Origin: Candidatus Levybacteria bacterium RIFCSPHIGHO2_01_FULL_38_26
Lineage (GTDB): Bacteria > Patescibacteriota > Microgenomatia > Levybacterales > UBA12049
Assembly (NCBI GenBank): GCA_001782075.1
Contig: MFNO01000013.1
Coordinates: 48,608-112,607, forward strand
Reading direction: 5' to 3'
DNA: 64,000 nt
The translations under genes and the position numbers were made by a program. Positions 9,449 through 18,202 of this stretch are shown here, one piece after another. The number at the start of each line of letters is the position of its first letter. The stretch's first letter is position 1. The notes beneath the pieces are model-generated. The model was given only the letters and a program-made list of their open reading frames with translations, searched no databases and was not told where the DNA came from.

Positions 9449-10700
9449 AAAAGCGGCAAGCAATCCCCTTATTTCTGGCACCGCGGTTATTTTTGTCGGG
9501 ACTTTTTTTGGCAACATATTTAATTTTTTGTTTAATTTTTTCATGGCAAGGAACCTTAGTGTTTCAGATTATGGTGTTTTGGCCAGTCTTGTTTCTTTGA
9601 TATTGCTTTTTTCTCTTTTTGCGGAGGCTTTTGTGCCCAGCGTAATTAGATTTTCGGGTGTATATTTTGCAAAAAACGAATTAGATAAAGTGGCGGCATT
9701 ATTTTGGAAGCTCAATAAAGGGTTTTTTTTAATTGCAGGAACAATTCTTCTAGGATTTTTGATTTTTAACCACACCATTGGAGAATTTTTAAAGATTGAC
9801 AACTCATTCCTCATTTTTGCTACAGGGGTAAGCATATTTTTATTTTTTTTGAGCATCTTGAATAGAGGGATGATTAATGCAAAACTTTCTTTTTTTTATA
9901 TCTCTTTTCTTAATTTTTTTAATTCTGCCTTAAAACTTATAGTTGGTGTCGTTTTTGTTTTGTTGGGGATGGGAGTAAACGGGGCGATTCTAGCTTTTTT
10001 TGCTGCATACATAGGAAATTATATTCTTGCATTTATTCCGCTAAGATTTGTTTTTAAAAGCACACGTGCAAAAAATGTGGTAGGAATTAGAGAGATTGTT
10101 AGATACAGTACTCCGTCTGCTGTGGCAATGTTAGGCGTGACGCTGTTTATCACTACAGATATTATGATTGTTAAGCATTTTTTTTCTCCACAAGACGCGG
10201 GCATTTACGCTGGCATGACGCTGTTGGGAAGAATCATTTATTTTTTTTCTGCTCCCATTGCTCATGTTTTGTTTTCTCTTGTTGTCCAAAAAAACGAGCG
10301 CCACGAAAAGCATAACGATCTTTTTTATATAGCAGTGCTTTTTGTTTTGATTTCCTCTTTAGGTATTGTAGCTTTTTATTTCCTGTTTCCAGAATTTAGC
10401 ATAAGATTTCTTCTCAAACAAGAAGAATATTTAGAAATAAAACCGATCCTTTGGATTTTTGGTATATTCATCGCTTTGTATTCTATTTTATCTTTGGTAA
10501 CCAACTATTATTTATCAATTCAAAAAACAAGGATTTTTATTCCGATTATTATTGCCGCAATTTTACAAGCTTCTCTGTTGTGGTTTTACCACGGGTCTTT
10601 TCTAACAGTTACAATTATTTCATCAATTTCAGTTGGAATACCGCTAATTTTTATCCTAACACATTACTTTCTGACTTATGCAAAGAGTAAGGCGTACTAA
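9432..10700 (+). CDS. wzx: Wzx-like oligosaccharide flippase
   Basis: About 12 TM helices; ARNLSVSDYG and TTDIMIVKHFF...AGIYAG patterns. Confidence 0.75.
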   Translation: MRKLFKKAASNPLISGTAVIFVGTFFGNIFNFLFNFFMARNLSVSDYGVLASLVSLILLFSLFAEAFVPSVIRFSGVYFAKNELDKVAALFWKLNKGFFLIAGTILLGFLIFNHTIGEFLKIDNSFLIFATGVSIFLFFLSILNRGMINAKLSFFYISFLNFFNSALKLIVGVVFVLLGMGVNGAILAFFAAYIGNYILAFIPLRFVFKSTRAKNVVGIREIVRYSTPSAVAMLGVTLFITTDIMIVKHFFSPQDAGIYAGMTLLGRIIYFFSAPIAHVLFSLVVQKNERHEKHNDLFYIAVLFVLISSLGIVAFYFLFPEFSIRFLLKQEEYLEIKPILWIFGIFIALYSILSLVTNYYLSIQKTRIFIPIIIAAILQASLLWFYHGSFLTVTIISSISVGIPLIFILTHYFLTYAKSKAY

Positions 10701-11460
10701 AAAAGATTTCATTTCTGTTGTAATTCCAGCATATAAACAGGAGAAAACTATTGCTCAAAACCTGTCTGTTGTAAAAAAAATCCTGGAAGGAATAGATTGT
10801 GATTTTGAAATAATAGTAGTTGTAGATGGATTAAATGACAAAACTTTTCCAAACGCAAAGAAAATAAAATCTCCTAAAATTAAAGTTTTGGGGTACAAAA
10901 ACAACAGGGGAAAAGGATATGCAGTTAGATACGGAATGGGACGCGCCGTAGGGACGATAGTTTGTTTTATTGATGCTGGAATGGATCTTGATCCAAAGGG
11001 CATAGTTACTCTTCTTGATTATTTTAAATTATATAAAGCAGATATTGTTATTGGAAGCAAAAGGCACACAATGTCGAGGGTTATTTATCCTTGGAGCAGA
11101 AGAATTATCAGCTTTCTATCCCAGATTTTTGTAAAGATTCTTTTTGGTCTGAACGTAAAAGACACGCAGGTAGGTTTGAAGATGTTTAGAAAAGAAGTGG
11201 TTAGAGACGTTCTGCCGCGTCTGCTTGTTAAAAAATTTGCATTCGATATAGAATTTTTGGTCGTAGCCTACGCTTTGGGATACAAAAATATATATGAGGC
11301 GCCAGTTGAAATAAATCACGAATTCAGCGCAAGTATAATTTCCAAGAACATAATGCGGGAGCTTTTTCGAACGCTTTGGGATACTCTAGCAATATTTTAC
11401 AGACTTAATTTAGTAAAATATTATACATCCGAAGATAAAGGAAAATGGAAAAATTACTAA
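10678..11460 (+). CDS. GT2 polyprenol-phosphate glycosyltransferase (DPM1/Alg5-like)
   Basis: SVVIPAYK, NRGKGYAVRYG, FIDAGMD, VIGSKRH, DTQVGLKMF, FAFDIE. Confidence 0.85.
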   Translation: MQRVRRTKKDFISVVIPAYKQEKTIAQNLSVVKKILEGIDCDFEIIVVVDGLNDKTFPNAKKIKSPKIKVLGYKNNRGKGYAVRYGMGRAVGTIVCFIDAGMDLDPKGIVTLLDYFKLYKADIVIGSKRHTMSRVIYPWSRRIISFLSQIFVKILFGLNVKDTQVGLKMFRKEVVRDVLPRLLVKKFAFDIEFLVVAYALGYKNIYEAPVEINHEFSASIISKNIMRELFRTLWDTLAIFYRLNLVKYYTSEDKGKWKNY

Positions 11461-12764
11461 TAAAATTTCAGTTTGTATTTATTGTCGCAATTATAATTCT
11501 TGGATTTTGGCTCAGGTCTGACAATTTATATACATGGCCAAGATTAGGTTCGACATTTGATGAGTATGCTTGGACATGGCTTGGAGTAAGCTTGATTGAA
11601 GATCAAGCTCCAAGATCATGGTCTCGTCATCCTCAGTACAGCGATCGAGAAGACATAATTTATCAAAAAACAGCTTTTGTCCTGGTAAAACCATATCTTG
11701 AGCATCCGCCCCTTTTTGGATTAGTTGCAGGATCTTACGCACTTCTTACCGGAACAGAAGGGATGTTCGATGTGAGAATCGAGGGTATCCGCGGATTTTC
11801 ATTGGTCTTGGGAGTATTTAGCATTTTTATGGTATATGTATTTGCCAAGGAAGTTTACGGATTAAAGGTCGCCTTAGCTTCCTCATTAATATACGCAACC
11901 GTTCCAACTATTGTAATTGGATCGCGAATTGTCCAGAACGAAAACTTTTTTATCCCATTTTTCTTGCTATCTCTATTTTTAGTCGCCAGATACATTAAAT
12001 CAGGAAAATCATGGCTGCGTAATGTTTCTGCGATCATTTGCGGTCTTCTTACTTTGGCTAAAGTTCCATGGATTGCGGCAGGAATTTCAATTTTTCTTAT
12101 TTTTTTATATCTCAGAAGATATTCTGATGCGGGAAAATTTATTGCTATTGTTGTTCCTATTTTTCTTTTGTTTTTTGTTTATGGATTTTATTTTGATTCA
12201 AAATTATTTCTGAGTCTTTGGCAGATGCAACTGACTAGGTACGACCTCGCCTTCAACAGCGTTTTTGCTCTTTTTACATCACCATATTTGGTGGATAGAT
12301 TTATGATAGACGGATGGATTTATTTTGGTTGGTTTGCATTCTTTTTAATTATGGCAAGAGAACTAAAGAAGAATTTTTTGATAGTAATACCGCTTCTTAC
12401 ATATTTTGCAATATTTGTTTTTGCCATTCCAAATGAGCCAAGTCATGGGTGGTATAGATATCCGTTTTACCCTTTTTTAGTTTTGAGTATTGTCTTATTT
12501 CTTAAAGAATACTTTGGGAAAAACTACTTACTGACATTTTTCTTCCTGGTTTTTGTAGGGCTTTCTTTGCTTCAGCTGTCGTGGGTGCCATCATTCGGAT
12601 TTTCTTTTTTAGTTTTTAGAATATTTTTACTTTTTTTTGGATTAACAATGCTTCCATATTTTATCCCCAGGACCAACAGGCTTTCACATTTTTCATCTCA
12701 TGCATCACTTTTTTTACTGATTTTACTCAACATTTGGTCTGTTTTTAATTATAATGAGCAGTAA
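11445..12764 (+). CDS. GT-C membrane glycosyltransferase (PMT/ArnT-like)
   Basis: Polytopic; FDEY acidic loop after TM1, EHPPLF, SRIVQNEN. Confidence 0.75.
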   Translation: MEKLLIKFQFVFIVAIIILGFWLRSDNLYTWPRLGSTFDEYAWTWLGVSLIEDQAPRSWSRHPQYSDREDIIYQKTAFVLVKPYLEHPPLFGLVAGSYALLTGTEGMFDVRIEGIRGFSLVLGVFSIFMVYVFAKEVYGLKVALASSLIYATVPTIVIGSRIVQNENFFIPFFLLSLFLVARYIKSGKSWLRNVSAIICGLLTLAKVPWIAAGISIFLIFLYLRRYSDAGKFIAIVVPIFLLFFVYGFYFDSKLFLSLWQMQLTRYDLAFNSVFALFTSPYLVDRFMIDGWIYFGWFAFFLIMARELKKNFLIVIPLLTYFAIFVFAIPNEPSHGWYRYPFYPFLVLSIVLFLKEYFGKNYLLTFFFLVFVGLSLLQLSWVPSFGFSFLVFRIFLLFFGLTMLPYFIPRTNRLSHFSSHASLFLLILLNIWSVFNYNEQ

Positions 12765-13887
12765 TATGAGGATCCTGATTTTTAATTGGAGAGACATAAA
12801 AAATCCAACAAGCGGCGGAGCAGAAATTCTTACTCATGAATTGGCGAGGAGATGGGTTGAGAGGGGGAACAAAGTAGTTATGTTTTGTTCTTTTTACAAA
12901 AACGCAAAGCAGAAAGAGTCAGTAGATGGAGTAGAGATTATTAGAGAGGGAAATCCAGACGCAAGACATCTTTGGAATTCTGTACATTTTAAGGCGTTTA
13001 TTAATTATAAAAGAAAATTCAAGGGAAACTTCGACGTTGTCATCGATGAGATTCACGGGCTGCCGTTTTTTACTCCGCTTTATGTAAAGGAGAAAAAGAT
13101 TGCGTTAATATGCGAGGTGGCAGGAGGACTTTGGTACAAAATGTATGGTTCAATTTTTGGCTCTATTGGGAGGCTTGTTGAAATAATTTATCTTAAATTA
13201 TTTTATCAACAGCTGCATTTTCTTACTATCTCAAATTCAACAAAACATGATCTTATCTCAAATGGCATAAAAGAAAGCTATATACATGTAATTCCGATGG
13301 GAGTAAAATTGCCAAATTATAAGAGAAGTATTCTTAAAGAAAAAGCACCAACTTTATTGGTTGTTGGAAGATTATCCAAACCCAAAGGAATAGAAGACGC
13401 GATAAAAGTTTTAGAATATGTTTTAAAATTCATGCCTTCAGCAAGACTTTGGATTGTGGGACGAGGAGAAGCGGAGTACACCAATTATCTAAAAAAAATA
13501 ACTAGTGATAAGGGGCTCGAGAATAAAGTCGTGTTTTATGGCTATGTTTCTGAAGACGAAAAATTCAGTCTAATGTCTAGAGCCCACTTATTGCTTGTCC
13601 CGTCAACTAAAGAAGGATTTGGTTTGACCATCCCGGAAGCTGGTTTTGCGGGCACACTTTCTATTGTATATAAAGTCAGCGGTTTGAGAGATATAGTAGA
13701 GGAGGGTGTAAATGGAATTATTGTTAATAAAGATCCTCTTTCGATGGGCAAAGCAGTAGTTGAAATTTTAAGTGATAAGAAAAAATACGCTGAAATTAGG
13801 AAAAATGCAATTGAGTTTTCTAAAAGATTCGATTATGAAGCTTCTGGAAGTGAAACTCTTAATTTGATTGCGAAGTATTCACTTTAG
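12754..13887 (+). CDS. Glycosyltransferase family 4
   Basis: FNWRDIKNPTSGGAE, VGRL...KG, PSTKEGFGLTIPEA; alternative start at 12766. Confidence 0.88.
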   Translation: MSSNMRILIFNWRDIKNPTSGGAEILTHELARRWVERGNKVVMFCSFYKNAKQKESVDGVEIIREGNPDARHLWNSVHFKAFINYKRKFKGNFDVVIDEIHGLPFFTPLYVKEKKIALICEVAGGLWYKMYGSIFGSIGRLVEIIYLKLFYQQLHFLTISNSTKHDLISNGIKESYIHVIPMGVKLPNYKRSILKEKAPTLLVVGRLSKPKGIEDAIKVLEYVLKFMPSARLWIVGRGEAEYTNYLKKITSDKGLENKVVFYGYVSEDEKFSLMSRAHLLLVPSTKEGFGLTIPEAGFAGTLSIVYKVSGLRDIVEEGVNGIIVNKDPLSMGKAVVEILSDKKKYAEIRKNAIEFSKRFDYEASGSETLNLIAKYSL

Positions 13888-15958
13888 GCAGATGGAATAC
13901 TTCCATGGTCTCGACATTGCCGGGGCATGATTCTTTTGGGTCTAAAACGATATTTATGTACCGCGCATATTCTGCTGCAAATGGATATGAGATGGTGTTT
14001 CCAACAGGTTGTCTTTCAAGAATGGGAATTGGCAGGTCCTGCGGAAGAACGTGTGGTGTTTTGTACCAGTTTTCTCCATCGACAGAAATATTAAAATAAA
14101 TTTGATCTGCCGATTTACAATTGTTTGTGGAAAAAGACCATTGAATTTTTGAAATATAAGTTGGCTTTTTCAAGTCGATGAGTATCCCATTATCGCTATT
14201 CTCATAATTTAGATCGCTAACTGTCTCTTCGACATCAAATCCCTTTTTTGTGTTAGCCAGATCGTTTTTCCAAATGTTAAGAATGCTTACGTTATCAACC
14301 TTGATTTGATAAATTGGTTTCAAATAACGATAGTAGTATCTACTGCTGTAGTATGACGTGTTTAATTCTGATCCATAGTTTAATCCTATTACATATTCTC
14401 CTTTTTTGATATATCCGCTGCGCAAACTATTGGTATATTTTAGATCGCTTCTCACAAAAAGTTTCGGCAAATTAGGCATGAGCTCTTGCGCAAGAACCAA
14501 TGTAGATCCGTTTTGCGCGTGTTCGTTTATCCAATGAATGCCTTGACGGTACGCATTTCCAAAACTGTTTCCCCAGTAAGGAAAATTTTTATCCTTCGCC
14601 CCCTCAAGACCTCCTATTAGTGGATTAAAATAGACGTTTTGATTGGGGTGGATGGAGATTAACTTGAGGGTAATTGGGATAAACATTAGAACAATCAATA
14701 TTTGTAGCACAAGGGTTAATAATCTTTCCTTCGATTGCTTCATTGTCCTATTGTTAAATTGCTTTAGTCTTTCAACAATGAAAAAATATAACAATTTAAC
14801 AATGTATCCTGCTCCAATACCTGACAATATCGCCATAGCCGGGATAAATTCCATTATTTGTCTTACTCCTCCGTATATACCGGCGTTTGGCACTGTAACT
14901 CTTGCGATGGGAATTAAAAACCAGAGCAGGACCAAAAAAGCTGTTTTTTGTTTCTCGCTTCTTCCTTTTGAAAGGGTATATAAAACACCAAATAAAGTAA
15001 GAAAAAGTGTAACTAAAGGAGTTGTATAAATAATCCATTGTATGGCAAAAGTATTGAAACCAAAGAAAGTAAAAGAAGGATCAAAGTTGGGATTAATGCC
15101 AATTGTTTTATAATAATCAACAATCTTAAAAAAATTATTTATTGGCTCAGCCCATAGATATGGCCAGCTTCCCCAAAAAATAGCGATAGCGATTAGCGGG
15201 AAAAAAAATATAGATGGAATGAGCCAGTTAATCTCTTTAAATGATTTTGTTTTTTGCTTAAGATATACAATTAACCAGGGAAGGATAATAAATGGTGAAA
15301 AAAGGATATTAAACTTTGTTCCCCACGCGAAGCCGAAAAAAACTGCGGAAAGGATGAGGAAGAGATTTTTTTTACGAGTTATGCCTTCATACAGAAAAAT
15401 TATCATTAGGCTATAAAATGAGGCCTGCGGAATATCTTTAAGATTAAAGCGTGATTCACCCAAAAAGAGCGGATAAAGAACCAGTGATAAAATTGTAACG
15501 AATGCAACAAATATTCCGTAATGTTTTCTCGTCCACCAGAAAAGAGCAGCCACAAGAAGGGAAGCAACAGCAATGATATAAACATGATACGAATCAATAT
15601 CATTTATTAATCTCATCTCTTGAAACAGAACAAAGTTGAAAACAGAGGAAAAAATATCCGAAAGTGGGGGATGTCCTCCATCTTTTTCTAAAAAATAAGA
15701 GGCGCCGTACCCGTCGATTTGATACAGACTGCGTTTGGGAATTGATTCTTTGGGTTGACTTGGAGAAAATAAAAGAGTGTCTTCTTCTTGATAGTAATCT
15801 ACATAGTCGGGCAGCTTCTCATATGTTTGTTCGCCTGTGAGTATGTACCTTAAATACGCCTGTCCCCGGGGCAGATGGTTAATTGTGTCCCAATCGGTTC
15901 CATAATGAGGAAGCAGTATTAATTCAAAGAGGAAAAAGGAGAGAAAGACTACAAGCAT
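13859..15958 (-). CDS. GT-C membrane glycosyltransferase (PMT/ArnT-like) with a C-terminal F5/8 (discoidin/CBM32)-like domain
   Basis: DWD loop, GHPPL, ESRFNLKD, GTKFN; C-terminal IDLKKPTYISKI...ISVDGENW...ARYINI; paralogue of 18203..19918. Confidence 0.75.
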   Translation of the reverse strand: MLVVFLSFFLFELILLPHYGTDWDTINHLPRGQAYLRYILTGEQTYEKLPDYVDYYQEEDTLLFSPSQPKESIPKRSLYQIDGYGASYFLEKDGGHPPLSDIFSSVFNFVLFQEMRLINDIDSYHVYIIAVASLLVAALFWWTRKHYGIFVAFVTILSLVLYPLFLGESRFNLKDIPQASFYSLMIIFLYEGITRKKNLFLILSAVFFGFAWGTKFNILFSPFIILPWLIVYLKQKTKSFKEINWLIPSIFFFPLIAIAIFWGSWPYLWAEPINNFFKIVDYYKTIGINPNFDPSFTFFGFNTFAIQWIIYTTPLVTLFLTLFGVLYTLSKGRSEKQKTAFLVLLWFLIPIARVTVPNAGIYGGVRQIMEFIPAMAILSGIGAGYIVKLLYFFIVERLKQFNNRTMKQSKERLLTLVLQILIVLMFIPITLKLISIHPNQNVYFNPLIGGLEGAKDKNFPYWGNSFGNAYRQGIHWINEHAQNGSTLVLAQELMPNLPKLFVRSDLKYTNSLRSGYIKKGEYVIGLNYGSELNTSYYSSRYYYRYLKPIYQIKVDNVSILNIWKNDLANTKKGFDVEETVSDLNYENSDNGILIDLKKPTYISKIQWSFSTNNCKSADQIYFNISVDGENWYKTPHVLPQDLPIPILERQPVGNTISYPFAAEYARYINIVLDPKESCPGNVETMEVFHLPKVNTSQSN
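14733..14805. repeat. In-frame palindromic array with 8-bp period inside a CDS
   Basis: gattgctt cattgtcc tattgtta aattgctt ... aacaatga aaaaatat aacaattt aacaatgt; perfect 12-bp inverted repeat at 14750-14761/14792-14803. Confidence 0.7.
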
Positions 15959-16001
15959 GGTGTTGATTATAGGATAATTTTGCTATAATTACAAAAAGAA
16001 T
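15959..16001. promoter_or_regulatory. Back-to-back divergent promoters within 43 bp
   Basis: Minus-strand TATAAT (15971-15966) lies 7 nt before ATG 15958; plus-strand TGCTATAAT (15981-15989) lies 12 nt before ATG 16002. Confidence 0.6.
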
Positions 16002-16937
16002 ATGAATATTTTGATAACAGGAGGCAATGGATTTATCGGAGCAAAAATTGTTGAAAGATTGGAATCTCTTGGGCATAGGCAATTTTTGTTACTCCGAAAA
16101 AACAGCAACAGGACTAGATTGTTGCCATTTGTTGATAAGATAAAGATTTTTGAAGCAGATTTAATACAAGCGGAGGTTGTTTCAGAGATTGTTAGAAAGG
16201 TAAATCCTGAAGTTATTATTCATCTGGCAGGTTATGGGGTTTATTCTTATCATGATATGACGGCTGAAAATATGAAGTTGATGGTTGATTCAAATATTTA
16301 CGGAACCATAAATCTTTTGAATGCGGCTAAGAATTCGAATTGCAAAATATTCGTTAATACCGGAAGTTGCTTTGAATATGGCAGCAGCGATTTACCTTTT
16401 AAAGAAGAAGATATGCTTAATCCTTTAAATATTTATGGGGCAACAAAGGCATCCGCCACGTTATATTCTAAAGTGTTATCTAAAAAAAGCAGTTTTGCCC
16501 TAGTAACGCTTCGCCCATTTACCGTTTATGGTCCCGGAGAGGATAAAAGAAGATTTATATCAACTGTTATAAAGCAGTGCTTGGAGGGAAAAAATCCTAC
16601 GCTTACAAGAGAGCGCATCGTGAGAGATTATATTTATATAGAAGATGTTGTGGATGCGTATCAAGTGGTAATTTCAAAGGCAGAATTGCTTTCGGGTCAA
16701 ATTATTAATATATCTACAGGGAAAGGGACAGCTTTGGAAGATGTTGTGAAAATGATAATGCGGCTAACAAACGCAAAAGTGGTGCCAAGTATTGGTTCTT
16801 TTCCTACTCGGGAGGGCGAAGTGTTGACTTTGGTTGGTGATCCGAAAAAGGCGGAAAAGTTATTGAACTGGAAAGCTAGGTATTCATTGGAAAAAGGACT
16901 CGCTAAGACCGTGCTTTCGGCAAGGGAAAACGATTGA
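16002..16937 (+). CDS. NAD-dependent epimerase/dehydratase (extended SDR, NDP-sugar)
   Basis: ITGGNGFIG, TGSCFEYG, YGATK, LRPFTVYGP, RDYIYIED. Confidence 0.85.
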   Translation: MNILITGGNGFIGAKIVERLESLGHRQFLLLRKNSNRTRLLPFVDKIKIFEADLIQAEVVSEIVRKVNPEVIIHLAGYGVYSYHDMTAENMKLMVDSNIYGTINLLNAAKNSNCKIFVNTGSCFEYGSSDLPFKEEDMLNPLNIYGATKASATLYSKVLSKKSSFALVTLRPFTVYGPGEDKRRFISTVIKQCLEGKNPTLTRERIVRDYIYIEDVVDAYQVVISKAELLSGQIINISTGKGTALEDVVKMIMRLTNAKVVPSIGSFPTREGEVLTLVGDPKKAEKLLNWKARYSLEKGLAKTVLSAREND

Positions 16938-18144
16938 AAATTTTTACGTACTCCTTTGTACAGTATTGATAGGATAGATATTTTTTGGCAAGAGAAGCGC
17001 TAGCTTTTACCATAGATGAGATATTATCGCCAGCTCTAATAATTTTGATAATTCCTAGGGCAATATTCTGCGCGTCGCTATCATTTACCCTGTATCCGTT
17101 CTTTCCGTCTATCACATATTTTTTACTTACTGCAAGTTTTGTAGCAACAATAGGCAGTCCAGAAGCGATTGCTTCAAAAAGAGCTACAGTATGCGATTCC
17201 AGATTGCCGTATTTATCCTTTATCGAGGCGGATGCATAGATATCGGCAAGGGCATAATATTTTGGCAGATCAATATGATTAACTTTACCCAGGAAAAGAA
17301 TTTTATCTTCTATTTTTAGGATTTTTGCCAGTTGCGTCAATGATTTTTTTTCTGTTCCGTCCCCAATTATGACAAGCTTTGCCGACTTTTCTTTTTTGCC
17401 TACAATAGACATAGCCTTAATTAGGTATGCAAAGCCTTTTTTTTCCACAAGTCTTCCAACAGTTAGAATAATCCGATCAGATGGAGAAAGATTCAGCTTA
17501 TTCCTCATGCTGTTCCTCTGAGTCCTAATATTTGTAAAATTATTTACATTAACTCCATATGGTATTTCTGCAAATTTTTTACTGTTTACTCCCAACATCG
17601 ATAGCTCATCAAGGTAGCGCAGGCTATTTGAGACAATTACTTTTGCCTGGGAGGCGGCAATTTTGGTCATCCATCGAAACAAAAAATTATTTTTTCCAAG
17701 ATATACGTCCGATCCCGGAACAGTAACAACAAGAGGAATGTTTGTAATCTTTGAAACAAGGGCTGCTATAAATCCATTGGGAATAATCCAATGGGCAGAA
17801 ATCACTTGAATCTTTTCTTTTCGCACTAGAAAAAGAAGAGAAAAGAAGGAAAATAGAAGCATAAATGGAGCTAGAAAGAAAACGCTTGGCTTAAAACGCT
17901 GGTCTCCTATTAGAGTTCTTGAGTATCCTAAAGTATGAAATCTTTTTGAAAAAATGTATTTATATAGTTTAACCTTAAGATTTCTAACAGTATTCTGTTT
18001 TAAAGAAAACAATTTATCATAGGGAGCAAGAACAAAAACATTTTGTCCCTGCTGCGCAAGACCTTTACAAAAATCCTGCATAAAGGGAGCTACAGGGTCT
18101 CCTGGAAACCTTGGATAGGTATGCGTAAAAACACAAATGTTCAT
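16903..18144 (-). CDS. Glycosyltransferase family 4
   Basis: THTYPR, AHWIIPNG, VGRLVEKKG, ESHTVALFEAIASGLP. Confidence 0.88.
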   Translation of the reverse strand: MNICVFTHTYPRFPGDPVAPFMQDFCKGLAQQGQNVFVLAPYDKLFSLKQNTVRNLKVKLYKYIFSKRFHTLGYSRTLIGDQRFKPSVFFLAPFMLLFSFFSLLFLVRKEKIQVISAHWIIPNGFIAALVSKITNIPLVVTVPGSDVYLGKNNFLFRWMTKIAASQAKVIVSNSLRYLDELSMLGVNSKKFAEIPYGVNVNNFTNIRTQRNSMRNKLNLSPSDRIILTVGRLVEKKGFAYLIKAMSIVGKKEKSAKLVIIGDGTEKKSLTQLAKILKIEDKILFLGKVNHIDLPKYYALADIYASASIKDKYGNLESHTVALFEAIASGLPIVATKLAVSKKYVIDGKNGYRVNDSDAQNIALGIIKIIRAGDNISSMVKASASLAKKYLSYQYCTKEYVKIFNRFPLPKARS

Positions 18145-18202
18145 TGGCGCTTTTTGTATTTTACATTATTCACGCATGGGATGCTATAATTAATAGATCT
18201 GC
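18145..18202. promoter_or_regulatory. Divergent promoters
   Basis: Plus-strand TGCTATAAT at 18182-18190; minus-strand TAAAAT at 18163-18158. Confidence 0.5.
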